Sequence record: OM456492.1
Length of the DNA stretch: 64,000 nucleotides
Strand: one strand, 5' to 3'
The notes under the pieces were generated by a model that searched no databases, had not been told where the DNA came from, and saw only the letters and a list, made by a program, of their open reading frames with translations. Below, piece after piece: positions 39,480-49,102 of this stretch. Positions within the stretch are counted from its first letter, which is position 1. Each line of letters begins with the position of its first letter. A program made the translations under genes and the position numbers.

Positions 39480-40144
39480 TCCGGGCGTCCTAAGTTGTTA
39501 CCGATGTGCATTGCTTTAAAGTACGAAGACCATGTACGTGGCGCTTTTGAACTGGTACGCTCAGCCCCTTCCAGGTTGATGCGACCTTTACCGGTTTGTC
39601 GTAGAGATTGATAGAACGCACGTTGTAACGTATCGTTACCACCACGCGCCCACAGGAACTCCTGGAGCGTTGAGTCGTGTCCATCCGAGTACATGATGTA
39701 CGCTTCTGGAAACGAAACACCTGAAGCTTTGGAAGGCCCTACTACCTGACCTGAGAGTTTATCGCGGACTTTATCGTTCTTCGCCACCGCCATTTTCTTC
39801 TCTTGCATCTGCGTCTGGCGACGTGCAGGTAAACGGAAGACTAAATGGGGGTAACGGGTACGCTGCAGGATACCGGTTTTCGGTTCCGTGAGCCACAGGC
39901 GCTGACACAAGTTCAGTCCCATCGCTTCGCAAATTTTAATATTGCGCATATGGTCAATTTTGACCTTGCCACCAGTTGGGTTGTAAACAGGCAACCCTTC
40001 GCGCAGACGATTGAACTCTTCGTCAGACATTCGCGAGAAAGCGCGCTTGGCAGCTTCCGCGTTAATCCCGGTCGGGTCAACTAAGTTCAGTAACTGTAAA
40101 GCATAAGCTTCTGCTTTTTTTCGCCGTGCCGGGTCTAATCTCAT
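39476..40144 (-). CDS. Virion RNA polymerase beta C-terminal subunit (phiKZ gp149-like)
   Basis: HLVFRLPARRQTQ...DKLSGQVVGPSKASGVSFPEAYIM resembles the RpoB KLHH...[20 protein letters not shown] region. Confidence 0.8.
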   Translation of the reverse strand: MRLDPARRKKAEAYALQLLNLVDPTGINAEAAKRAFSRMSDEEFNRLREGLPVYNPTGGKVKIDHMRNIKICEAMGLNLCQRLWLTEPKTGILQRTRYPHLVFRLPARRQTQMQEKKMAVAKNDKVRDKLSGQVVGPSKASGVSFPEAYIMYSDGHDSTLQEFLWARGGNDTLQRAFYQSLRQTGKGRINLEGAERTSSKAPRTWSSYFKAMHIGNNLGRPE

Positions 40145-40416
40145 TTTTTCATCCTCTCACGGAGCACTGGAAGAACCACACGTTCCAGGTCTTCAATCCA
40201 GTACGGGATATCTTCATTGTGTTCAGGCACACCGACCGCATCAACCTTCGGTTTATCATTAATCAGGTTGCCGTAGTGGGCATTTACCTGATGACTAAAT
40301 TCAGACAGTGCATGTCGCGGTGCTGAGAACTCGTTATGGAACGCAGTGCTAAGCTCCTGGCTAATGCCAGCGAGGCCCAGACAGAGACGCTCTACAATAT
40401 CTTTCTGATAACGCAT
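40141..40416 (-). CDS. Hypothetical protein
   Basis: 91 aa, GAGGA RBS, ATGA-coupled to the next gene. Confidence 0.7.
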   Translation of the reverse strand: MRYQKDIVERLCLGLAGISQELSTAFHNEFSAPRHALSEFSHQVNAHYGNLINDKPKVDAVGVPEHNEDIPYWIEDLERVVLPVLRERMKK

Positions 40417-40459
40417 CGCTAATCCTCAGGGGAAAACAGGCGGGTTGCCCCGCCCATGC

Positions 40460-41953
40460 TTATTTCTTCTTAGTCAAGAACTTCGGTTCCAGACCATCCA
40501 CGGCCATCGCTAGTAATGACATTGCTGTTAAACAACGCTTACCACCTTTGACTTCCTGATCCTTGAACATCCAGTATTCCACCGTATTGTCCAGAATTTC
40601 ATTCCAGTCCCACTTTTCGTCGATAACCTTATAAAGCTCCGCCGGTGAGAGATGATATTTCATTTCCAGTCGGTGGTAGTTGTTCTGCATATACGCTAAC
40701 GCAGCAGTGATTTCCAATGCCCTACGTAAACGCGGATTGCTGTCACACATGTCGCGAATCGTGGTACGCATGAAAGATGTACCAGGTAACAAATCGAGGG
40801 TATAATTAGCACCACTACGTTTGTAGCCCCATTCATCTTTCAGTGTGTCGCTCAGGTAATGCCACAGAGAGAGGTGATAAAGCAGACCCATCTCCTGTGA
40901 GAAAACCATTTTGAACTTAACGCCAGTGTGACCACCTTTCGCGCGGTACTGCGTGAAAACGATTTCTTTCAGGTCGTTTACCGAAGCATTCATCGCTTTT
41001 GAACGCGCAGTCGGGTATTTCTCTTCGTTTACACCGGTCTTCGCGTTGTAAGTCTGATCCTGCTTCAACTCACCAGACTTCGTTGCAACCAGCAGGGAGT
41101 TAGTTAAGAACGACAACTGACGACGCGGAATACCCGCAAACTTCAAATCATCGCCAGCATCGTCTAGCAGTTTACCGTTCGCTTTCGGTCCACCACGACC
41201 GCCCGCAGCCATCGCCTTACCAGCATCGTCGGCCAGTTGAGCAACAAAGCCCATGTAGAAACCGCCACGCGCGAATGCAGATGGCCAACGGCTCATCATG
41301 TTAGACTTTTGCAGCGCGTCGTGGGCGTTCAGGATGTTCTGTTCGGAGTCACCGACTTCTGATTTGGCATGTTTCTCTTCCAGAGAAGAGGTGTGCCATT
41401 CAGACAGGGAGTCAATCGAGTACAACCACGGGTCGAGAATCTTTTTCGCAGAGCGGCGAATTGGGTCCGGGAACGGCGTTTCGCGCGCTTTACCAGCCAT
41501 ATACTCTTTGAAACGTTTTTCGACTTCATCACGAATATAGGCAGAGTAATATTCTTCACCTGCCATGATATCCGAGCCAACCATGTTGTAACGACCTTCG
41601 TGGATCAGGTCCAGCACGCCGCCTGTTGGTGATACTTCTAATCCGTTTGCTTTCGCAGCGGAGATGTACCCAGTTTCCAGACGACTTAATGCTGCCGTAA
41701 CTTCGGTATCGTATTTCGATCCCCAGGCTGCATTATAACGTTGCAGAATCATGAAAATGCAGAAGTCTAATAAGGTAGACTTAAAAGTGTTCCCACGACC
41801 TGCGAAGCCCATGATGTGGGCAAAACCACCGTTGAGGTAGTACAAACCATCTTCCCCGCGCTCGTAGTTACCGAGAGCGTGGTCCATGATGGTATATACG
41901 TTAAAACGAGGGCGAATTACTTCACCCATGACTTGTTTAGCTGGACCTGCCAT
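40460..41953 (-). CDS. uvsX: UvsX/RecA-like recombinase
   Basis: Walker A AGRGNTFKST (UvsX-style FKS) and Walker B YSIDSLS, followed by a RecA-like MGFVAQL strand. Confidence 0.8.
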   Translation of the reverse strand: MAGPAKQVMGEVIRPRFNVYTIMDHALGNYERGEDGLYYLNGGFAHIMGFAGRGNTFKSTLLDFCIFMILQRYNAAWGSKYDTEVTAALSRLETGYISAAKANGLEVSPTGGVLDLIHEGRYNMVGSDIMAGEEYYSAYIRDEVEKRFKEYMAGKARETPFPDPIRRSAKKILDPWLYSIDSLSEWHTSSLEEKHAKSEVGDSEQNILNAHDALQKSNMMSRWPSAFARGGFYMGFVAQLADDAGKAMAAGGRGGPKANGKLLDDAGDDLKFAGIPRRQLSFLTNSLLVATKSGELKQDQTYNAKTGVNEEKYPTARSKAMNASVNDLKEIVFTQYRAKGGHTGVKFKMVFSQEMGLLYHLSLWHYLSDTLKDEWGYKRSGANYTLDLLPGTSFMRTTIRDMCDSNPRLRRALEITAALAYMQNNYHRLEMKYHLSPAELYKVIDEKWDWNEILDNTVEYWMFKDQEVKGGKRCLTAMSLLAMAVDGLEPKFLTKKK

Positions 41954-41968
41954 TTAGCGCTCCGTCAA

Positions 41969-42268
41969 TTAGCGTTTTTTCAGTGGGAGTAACAGACGAC
42001 GTTTATGCCAAACTTCGAAATGCATTTCTGCCCACTCGGTGACTTGATTGTCATCCTTAGGATTGATGTTAGAAATGCTTTTGAAGCGGTTACGGTTACG
42101 TTCGTCGATTTCGATTTCTAGAACGCGCTTACCATCAGCACGAGTGGTCACGTTCAGGATTTTACCAACCACGATAGGACTACCATCGGCATTCTTCTTC
42201 GTCGGGGTGGTGTAAATCTCAGGTTCGATACGAGAGGTTAAAGCACGAGTCAGTAATTTGATTCTCAT
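41969..42268 (-). CDS. Hypothetical basic protein
   Basis: 99 aa, AAAGG RBS. Confidence 0.65.
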   Translation of the reverse strand: MRIKLLTRALTSRIEPEIYTTPTKKNADGSPIVVGKILNVTTRADGKRVLEIEIDERNRNRFKSISNINPKDDNQVTEWAEMHFEVWHKRRLLLPLKKR

Positions 42269-42366
42269 CAGGTGTTACCTTTTTGCAGTTCTCGTACATA
42301 AGGTTTGGGTGATACGTAAAAGACTTACTATGTAGCCCAATCCCTTATATATTCGAGGTTGATAGA

Positions 42367-43122
42367 ATGAATGTTAATCCACTTGCAGCGTTGTCGGGCT
42401 TTGTTGCCAAAGCATCCACGATTCTGCCTAAAGCCTTTAGCGGCTCTCAACAGGAACTCGCGCTGACCACCTATGACGACATGTCTGATGTGTCCAAGTG
42501 GATGCAGCAAGAGAAGTTTTTAAACTTTACCGGAATGCTTGTACCCGTACCTCCGGGCTTCAACACGTATGTGATGGACCACATAGAACGGTTGGAATCT
42601 GTATGGGCTGTGCTCCAGAAGATTCAGGAAGGGGTTTTAACACCCATCGATAAACGTTTCGGTGCGATGACCCATGACCTGGGCATGTTAACTCTGCCGA
42701 TTGGGTTTAAGTTCAAAGACCTGAACTACCCACTGAAAAATATCAATCCAAAAGATCTGGTTGAGAAACTGGCGAAGTCGTATACCAACAACGTCATTGA
42801 CCAGCGTCCGATTGAAAAGACCTACCACAGCGCGGGCGAGATCGATGTTGCATTTAATCGTGCCAAAGCGCTGAACCTGGAAGTGACTAAGAAACTTCAG
42901 AAAAGTATTGACCGTACAGTTGAAAGCATCAATGTCTCTGTGGATATTATCTCTAATTCACAAGTCCATCCTAATGTGGCGGCAGAGTTAGTGAAGATGG
43001 CTGACATGGGTGCTGACTGGGTTGAGCTGTTCGGACTGTTTATGAAACAGATTAATGAACTGACAGAATGCCTGAACGTAACCGGTGATCGCCTCAAGAC
43101 CCTGAAAGCAAACAAAAAATAA
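42367..43122 (+). CDS. Probable virion (head) protein
   Basis: 251 aa on the + strand, GAGG RBS, own terminator. Same orientation as other structural genes. Confidence 0.55.
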   Translation: MNVNPLAALSGFVAKASTILPKAFSGSQQELALTTYDDMSDVSKWMQQEKFLNFTGMLVPVPPGFNTYVMDHIERLESVWAVLQKIQEGVLTPIDKRFGAMTHDLGMLTLPIGFKFKDLNYPLKNINPKDLVEKLAKSYTNNVIDQRPIEKTYHSAGEIDVAFNRAKALNLEVTKKLQKSIDRTVESINVSVDIISNSQVHPNVAAELVKMADMGADWVELFGLFMKQINELTECLNVTGDRLKTLKANKK

Positions 43123-43173
43123 AACGTGATACCTCCCACCTACCGTAACTGGTAGGTGGGAGGGTTTTATTTT
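43116..43173. terminator. Bidirectional intrinsic terminator
   Basis: CCTCCCACCTACC-gtaact-GGTAGGTGGGAGG with flanking A and T runs. Confidence 0.88.
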
Positions 43174-44095
43174 AAACGGTAAGGAAACCACGAACGAGCG
43201 TTGGTGGAATCCATCTTACGACTTTCTGGCGTACGCCATCGCGCGGACCTTTCCAGAAAGTGTGCCAATGTGCACGCCGCATATGTGCTTTACGACCACC
43301 TTCTCTTAATCCGCTCGTGGTTGTTCCGTACTGATTGAGATAGCGTTCCTGTTCGTTTATGGTTGAAATAACAATTGGCTTAGATCGTGGCTGGACATGA
43401 TAATCCGGCATCGTTTTTCTTTTCTTCCTTTTTGGGTATACCGTAGGTTCGGGATAACGCGGGATGAGAGAACAGGTAAAGAGCATTGCAGTGACTAGCC
43501 GATGGGGTGCCTCTGTCCATTCATCGAACACCCCACTAAGTTTAACAAAGCCGTTCCCCACATCTACGATTTCTGCGACATCAACCTGTACACAATCGAC
43601 CGCGTTACGAAAAATACTTAGAATCAAACAGTCTTTTCCTTGAATCCACCGCCTGGAGATATAATAAACCAATTCCAGTTTTTCACCAGTCTGCTGTATG
43701 ATCTCTAGGGGGAATTCTACGGTCCATCCTGGGATTTTATCAAACCAGTCTCGCGGCAATTCATCGAGAAGATCGGAGCCTATCATCTGTTCAAATACAA
43801 AAGAGTCACCGATAAGTAACACACCACCATAACGGTAACCGTGTGCGATAGTGGCGTAAAGATTTTGAACTTCAAGGTTTTTCGGAGTAGACGATAAGAA
43901 ATATTCCGGTGGAATGAACCGCTGACCTATGCGCCCCTCGTGCTCAGACGCATATTTCTCAACCAAGTTGATGCCCCTGGAACGTTCATTTGCTTTACTC
44001 AACATGACAAGGAAATCACCATCGGTTTTCACTCTATCAGCATCAATACCCAGCAATTTTAATGCTACTTTATCACTTTCACCAATGTTAAACAT
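43172..44095 (-). CDS. AcrVA2/FinQ-like protein
   Basis: C-terminal RKAHMRRAHWHTFWKG...VRWIPPTLV and central LLDELP.DWF.KIPGWTV match the recalled AcrVA2 segments KRPHIRRGHWHGYWQG...VRWQPAVFV and LPDDTP.SIF.NLPDWCV. Confidence 0.65.
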   Translation of the reverse strand: MFNIGESDKVALKLLGIDADRVKTDGDFLVMLSKANERSRGINLVEKYASEHEGRIGQRFIPPEYFLSSTPKNLEVQNLYATIAHGYRYGGVLLIGDSFVFEQMIGSDLLDELPRDWFDKIPGWTVEFPLEIIQQTGEKLELVYYISRRWIQGKDCLILSIFRNAVDCVQVDVAEIVDVGNGFVKLSGVFDEWTEAPHRLVTAMLFTCSLIPRYPEPTVYPKRKKRKTMPDYHVQPRSKPIVISTINEQERYLNQYGTTTSGLREGGRKAHMRRAHWHTFWKGPRDGVRQKVVRWIPPTLVRGFLTV

Positions 44096-44122
44096 TTTAA
44101 TACTCCTTACGTAAATAGTCGA

Positions 44123-44160
44123 TTAAAAAATAAAACTGCGGACACCCCGAAGAGTGTCCG
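44123..44160 (-). terminator. Intrinsic terminator
   Basis: Minus strand CGGACACTC-TTCG-GGGTGTCCG followed by TTTTATTTTTT. Confidence 0.85.
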
Positions 44161-44165
44161 TTTAA

Positions 44166-44708
44166 TTAGAAGTTGCCAATAGCGATAGGCTGCATTGGCT
44201 CGACCACAATCAGTATTTCTTTCAGACGCGAAACGATATGCTCCCAGACTTGTGCTTCGAGATGACGTAGCATAGTGGTGAACTCCTCCATGTACATCTC
44301 TTTAAACTCGTCGCGATTGAGATGTTCCCACGCTTCTTTCAATGGGCCTGCTTCTGGACCAGACATCTTGATCATCATTTCGATGTCTTTCATCTCATCA
44401 AACGCCTTGCCGACTTTATCAATAACCTCGTCGGTCTTGAGTTCGAGTGAGAAACGACCCATCTTAGACTGCAGGAAGCCGTCTTCAATATCTTCGTCGT
44501 TGTATTCGAAACACGCAATACGTTGCGCGAGTTGATGAACTTCATTTACCGCGATGTTGACGTACGCCGCAGAAATAAGTCCAGCGAGGTGCTGACGATC
44601 GATATTCTTTGGTATCAGATAGTCTTCACACTTACGCTTAAACTCGAACAACGCCGCTGGAAATATTTCACGAAATTCGTCATCGAGTAAATCAATGAAT
44701 ATTTTCAT
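44166..44708 (-). CDS. Acidic hypothetical protein (array member)
   Basis: 180 aa, ATGA-coupled, similar to 44705..45244. Confidence 0.7.
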   Translation of the reverse strand: MKIFIDLLDDEFREIFPAALFEFKRKCEDYLIPKNIDRQHLAGLISAAYVNIAVNEVHQLAQRIACFEYNDEDIEDGFLQSKMGRFSLELKTDEVIDKVGKAFDEMKDIEMMIKMSGPEAGPLKEAWEHLNRDEFKEMYMEEFTTMLRHLEAQVWEHIVSRLKEILIVVEPMQPIAIGNF

Positions 44709-45244
44709 TCAACAGGTTTCCCATATTTCTCGCCGAGATACAGCAGTTCACGACGACAGATAGCCAGCACTTTCATTTCCGCTTCACGATACAGCTTGGT
44801 GATTTTGTCAATGATTGGCTGGTCAACGATATCAGACCAAGTTACCGTATCCGTAACGTTCGATGATTGCCCGTTAATGACCACAGCAACGTATGTCTCG
44901 CCCAGGTTCTCTTGATGTAACCCCGCCAGAGATTCACCAACCTTATCAAAGGCTTCACTCAATAAGTCGGTGATTTGGTCCGTCCCTTCTACCAGTTCAA
45001 AACGATGGGGATAGTTCAGAATGTTACGCAGCCGCGTGAACATGCGTTCAATAAGCTGATTTACCATATCCTCAGTGTCACAGATAGCCACATCTACGCC
45101 CGAACCTATTTCGTCAGACAAACGATTTTCGTGGACGACCAACGCGTCGTGAAGTTCAAATTCCACGTCTCGTTTTAATCCTAACAGAATTTCATCTAGC
45201 TGACGTCTCGACTCCGACAGAGCGAAGTCTATTACGATTTGCAT
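44705..45244 (-). CDS. Acidic hypothetical protein (array member)
   Basis: 179 aa, TAAGGAG RBS. Confidence 0.72.
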   Translation of the reverse strand: MQIVIDFALSESRRQLDEILLGLKRDVEFELHDALVVHENRLSDEIGSGVDVAICDTEDMVNQLIERMFTRLRNILNYPHRFELVEGTDQITDLLSEAFDKVGESLAGLHQENLGETYVAVVINGQSSNVTDTVTWSDIVDQPIIDKITKLYREAEMKVLAICRRELLYLGEKYGKPVE

Positions 45245-45254
45245 CTAATACTCC

Positions 45255-45662
45255 TTAAAAGTTACTTACCTCGGGCTGCGTATACCAGTATCTGCACGCT
45301 ACGAGATCCACAACGTTATATTTCAGTTGCCCACCGTGCTGTGACGTGTCTGCCAATTCATGCGCAAGCTTGTACGCCAAATCTTCACGGTTGTCGAGGA
45401 TAAGCAGCACAACACGTTGCACCTCATTAAAGATATCCGGTTCACGTAAACAACTGTAGCGGTCGCTAAGATGCTTAATAACGCCTTTATAAACATCTCC
45501 TGGTACAGCAGTGCCATTTTCTGCCGCGTGGAATGAAACAAGCACGATTTTAATTAAAATCTCGACAACCATGGAGTATATCATTCCACGGTTGCCGTTA
45601 ATTTCCACATGCTTTAGATACTCTTGCAAGTCCATCAGTGACTCGCTATACACCTTTAACAT
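45255..45662 (-). CDS. Hypothetical protein (array member)
   Basis: 135 aa. N-terminus MLKVYSESL resembles MLRVVSESL of 46846..47586. Confidence 0.7.
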   Translation of the reverse strand: MLKVYSESLMDLQEYLKHVEINGNRGMIYSMVVEILIKIVLVSFHAAENGTAVPGDVYKGVIKHLSDRYSCLREPDIFNEVQRVVLLILDNREDLAYKLAHELADTSQHGGQLKYNVVDLVACRYWYTQPEVSNF

Positions 45663-45672
45663 AGCGACCTCG

Positions 45673-46044
45673 CTATTTGTTCGCTGGCCATACCCCCGGT
45701 GAAGGTATTGCCGTTAATCCTCGCCACTTCTTGACGATTATTTGATCCTGTCCAGCCACGCCGAATATGTCGAACCCCACAGTTGCCACCACATCGACTT
45801 CGCGGTCAAGTGACGATTCGCTAAAGGAAGAGATATGCGCAAACGACACCAGCTTGCCGCCGTTGATGGCTGTGTCGCGAACGAGACGTGCCATCTTACG
45901 CAACTCTAGGGTCACATCACCGCGTATAGCCGTGCTTGCGGTAGTGGGATTTAACCATTGTTCATGGCCAGGTGCCACAACATACAGAATAGCACCTTCT
46001 TTGTAATACTGTTTTACCATCGTTTCAAATTCGTTTTGCGTCAT
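45673..46044 (-). CDS. Hypothetical protein
   Basis: 123 aa, AAGGAG RBS. Confidence 0.7.
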   Translation of the reverse strand: MTQNEFETMVKQYYKEGAILYVVAPGHEQWLNPTTASTAIRGDVTLELRKMARLVRDTAINGGKLVSFAHISSFSESSLDREVDVVATVGFDIFGVAGQDQIIVKKWRGLTAIPSPGVWPANK

Positions 46045-46057
46045 GTTAAATACTCCT

Positions 46058-46792
46058 TCAGTAGTTTAGCTTCTCAGAGACTTCTTTACGGATGCGACAC
46101 ATCACCACCATCGCACCATTCGGAATTTGGCTCACGCAGTTATCCGTGTAAAACTTACCTTCACACAGATAAAAGTCCAGACACATGGCATCGGTCAGCT
46201 CGTGCCACAGTGTGCCGAAACCGTACTGCCAAGGGCCAGAATGAACGACATCGTAATCGCCTTCAGTTATGCCAAAAGCGGCAGTAGCGGAAGACCACAA
46301 TGTTGAGGAGGTGGTATATGTGTCGTACCAGTAACCGAGCAGTCGGTGGTTACGACGTATCTCAGCTAACCGCTCGTACATTGGGATGAATACGTCCTCC
46401 ACTTGCGTGACAAAATCAGCCAGCATCAACTTTTCCGTGAACCACTCGATCCACGCAAAGATTTGTTCTTCAACGTCTTGCTGGCTTAACCCCGTGGCAG
46501 TAATGCCTTCTTCGTAGGAGTAACCTTCGTAGACGTCAACAACATTAATCTCTACATGTTCTAGCGTGAACAACCGTTCGGTGTTGATGCAGTCGTACAT
46601 CTCTTGTAACCACGCAGTGAAGACTTCTATACAGACGTTGATGGCTGTGTACTTGAACTCATCACGCAGAGGATACCACTGTGGGTTATCCTTTAGTTCG
46701 TTCTTCGCGAACGCGGGCCAATGCTTTTCGAACAACGCTTCAAAGAACTGGGGCGTGAGGTTTAAAAGCACTGGCACTTCGACTTTAAGCAT
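46058..46792 (-). CDS. Acidic hypothetical protein (array member)
   Basis: 244 aa, TAAGGAG RBS, downstream of the promoter motif at 46829. Confidence 0.72.
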   Translation of the reverse strand: MLKVEVPVLLNLTPQFFEALFEKHWPAFAKNELKDNPQWYPLRDEFKYTAINVCIEVFTAWLQEMYDCINTERLFTLEHVEINVVDVYEGYSYEEGITATGLSQQDVEEQIFAWIEWFTEKLMLADFVTQVEDVFIPMYERLAEIRRNHRLLGYWYDTYTTSSTLWSSATAAFGITEGDYDVVHSGPWQYGFGTLWHELTDAMCLDFYLCEGKFYTDNCVSQIPNGAMVVMCRIRKEVSEKLNY

Positions 46793-46828
46793 CGTGGATA
46801 AATTCTCCTTAAGGTTACGTCCCTGTAG

Positions 46829-46852
46829 ATAATATCTATCTCAGATTACTTT
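46829..46852 (-). promoter_or_regulatory. Putative early promoter
   Basis: Minus strand AAAGTAATCTGAGATAGATATTAT. Confidence 0.6.
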
Positions 46853-47586
46853 AAGTGATGCAAGAAGCGTGCTGCCTGTTCTGTAAAGTGAAAATACTCG
46901 ATGGTATCAGGTTCGTCCGAGTGAATGTCGTCCGAGTCCAGCAAGTAGCCCGAGATATCATCCGTTAAAACCCAAGCGTCCCCTTGCAGGAAAATACCCA
47001 TCGGTTTTTCTACCACGGGCATCACTAAGTCCGAATAAGAGTTACCTTCTGCTACCCTTACAATGTCTACACACGGGTCAACAATATACAGGTTGCAGAG
47101 ACTGCGATCTTTAAGACTGCGATGAAACATCGCTCGATCGTACCAAATAACCTGAGAACAATTATCTTCGTCACCCGCCACATCGACCAACTCTGTCCAG
47201 AAACGATGTAAGAACCAGTTCAACGCACCGGTTATTAGCTCGTTCGGTTTCAGCATTCTAACGTGTTCGTCGTACAACTCTTCCATTGTCCAGATTCGAC
47301 ATTGCTCACGATCGATTGTCGGTAGCGGAGGTATTTGCGGCGGGACTTGTTTGGGCATCGGCTCATCACATCTTGCATTGTAACGCGCAATTGTTTCGGT
47401 AACCAGCTCTGCCACAACATCACAAGCCGCTTCAAATCCCCACTTGTACAACACGTCGTAATCTTCCATGGGTGCAGCACCGAACTCACGGTTCGTTGCC
47501 ATCCACGACATCCATCCGTATTGCTCCACACAGTTAATCAGACTTTGTGTGTGGAGCGTGAGCGATTCACTCACGACTCGCAACAT
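46846..47586 (-). CDS. Acidic hypothetical protein (array member)
   Basis: Start MLRVV lies 1 nt after the RNase H stop, with a GAGG RBS. Shares W.EL.D...DNC.Q...AM with 46058..46792. Confidence 0.72.
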   Translation of the reverse strand: MLRVVSESLTLHTQSLINCVEQYGWMSWMATNREFGAAPMEDYDVLYKWGFEAACDVVAELVTETIARYNARCDEPMPKQVPPQIPPLPTIDREQCRIWTMEELYDEHVRMLKPNELITGALNWFLHRFWTELVDVAGDEDNCSQVIWYDRAMFHRSLKDRSLCNLYIVDPCVDIVRVAEGNSYSDLVMPVVEKPMGIFLQGDAWVLTDDISGYLLDSDDIHSDEPDTIEYFHFTEQAARFLHHLK

Positions 47587-47587
47587 G

Positions 47588-49102
47588 TTACACCTCTTCT
47601 TCTCGCAGTATGCGACGGTTTGCGTAATACGCACACCACAACCCATGATACTCTTTACCGATATAGATTAAGAAGTAACGGATGTAGTATTTTTCAGGAC
47701 GACACACCGCGATGTAATAACGGCCTTCTGGTTCCTTGATACGGTTGATTTCCGTACGCGACGGAATATCAATACCGCGAGTCAAAATAACCGAGACAGG
47801 TCGTTTACCCATCGGAAAGTCAATCTTTAACGTTATTGACTTATCGACGCTACGGTAGTAATCCTTGACAGGTTTACCTTTGTCGTCGAATAGCAGGTCG
47901 GTAATGTCGTTTAAGACATAACCCTTTTCCTGATGCAGAACATCTCGCAACGTTGTAGCGAGTTCGTCACGAATATCCAGCGCACGGTACGACAATAAGG
48001 GCGGGCGAAGCATTCTGGAGATGGCCAGGTCTTCAAAGAACCAGACGTTGGAATCTTCTCCACTGAAATGCATCTTGTCCGCCGGTAATCCATCACCTGC
48101 CACGTCAACGAACTTCTTACGTTTAACGAACTCGTTGTTAACAACACCGATTGGATCATACTGCCGCATTTTCGGTGTGTCTTTCCATGCCAATGCGGCG
48201 TGATTGTTTACAATCGTGTAGATGTTATCCCACGGTTGTTTAGTGAACATGACGGAAAAGTGTGCATCAGGAATCATTTTCCCAATAAACACCAAGTCGT
48301 CCTTGTTCTTTGCATGGTTGCCACCAAACATGTAATAGAAAGTTTCATCTTTCACTTTTACAGTAGGATGGTCTTCGTTCACCAACGGATAGCAATATTT
48401 AACCGTGCAAATCGGTGGATATGCCGCAAGGTTCATCCCAGCGGCGATGGGCTCGGGTTCCGCGGATGCAGGCAACTCATCCTTCGACCAGTACGGCTGA
48501 TATGGAACGCCGTCGTTGGTCGCTGTGATAGCTGAACCTTTTCTAGCCAATTCGTCCGCCCGGTCGTTACCGTAGTGGCCGGAGTGTCCTTTGATTTTGA
48601 TAACCTTAACACCCCGTCCTTCTTTTTTCATCTGCTGTTTGATTTCCCAGATACGAACAATAAGTTCTTTGTTCGCCAGCGGGGTACCGTCAGCACGAAC
48701 CCAACCACGTTTATGCCAGCCGTCTATCCACTCGTTAAAAGTGTTTACAACGTAACTGGCATCCACGTAGATGATATAGTTCTTCGCGCGGAAGGGTGCG
48801 TTCTCAAACAACGTGATGAAGGCGATTAACTCGCCCACATCTGAGTAGAACTCTTTCGGAACGGGAATAACGGCGTCGACAAATTGAACGGTGTCCGGCA
48901 ACTCCGGACACTTCACATCCTGCGGCACTTTTTTGTATCCAACAGTGGTAATCCGTTCTGAAACACCCGGATGGCTATAAGCCTGACTGTCTTCCAAATC
49001 TCCGTTGTTGAATAAATAACCATGAATACCAGCCCCCGAACCTTTCGGGGACTCAGTATGACTACCATCGGTATAAATAACCGCTACGTCGACGTCTTTC
49101 AT
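47588..49102 (-). CDS. rnhA: Ribonuclease HI with long C-terminal extension
   Basis: IYTDGS, GELIAF, YVDASYV, NKEL and KGHSGHYGNDRADELARKG are the canonical RNase HI motifs. Confidence 0.92.
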   Translation of the reverse strand: MKDVDVAVIYTDGSHTESPKGSGAGIHGYLFNNGDLEDSQAYSHPGVSERITTVGYKKVPQDVKCPELPDTVQFVDAVIPVPKEFYSDVGELIAFITLFENAPFRAKNYIIYVDASYVVNTFNEWIDGWHKRGWVRADGTPLANKELIVRIWEIKQQMKKEGRGVKVIKIKGHSGHYGNDRADELARKGSAITATNDGVPYQPYWSKDELPASAEPEPIAAGMNLAAYPPICTVKYCYPLVNEDHPTVKVKDETFYYMFGGNHAKNKDDLVFIGKMIPDAHFSVMFTKQPWDNIYTIVNNHAALAWKDTPKMRQYDPIGVVNNEFVKRKKFVDVAGDGLPADKMHFSGEDSNVWFFEDLAISRMLRPPLLSYRALDIRDELATTLRDVLHQEKGYVLNDITDLLFDDKGKPVKDYYRSVDKSITLKIDFPMGKRPVSVILTRGIDIPSRTEINRIKEPEGRYYIAVCRPEKYYIRYFLIYIGKEYHGLWCAYYANRRILREEEV

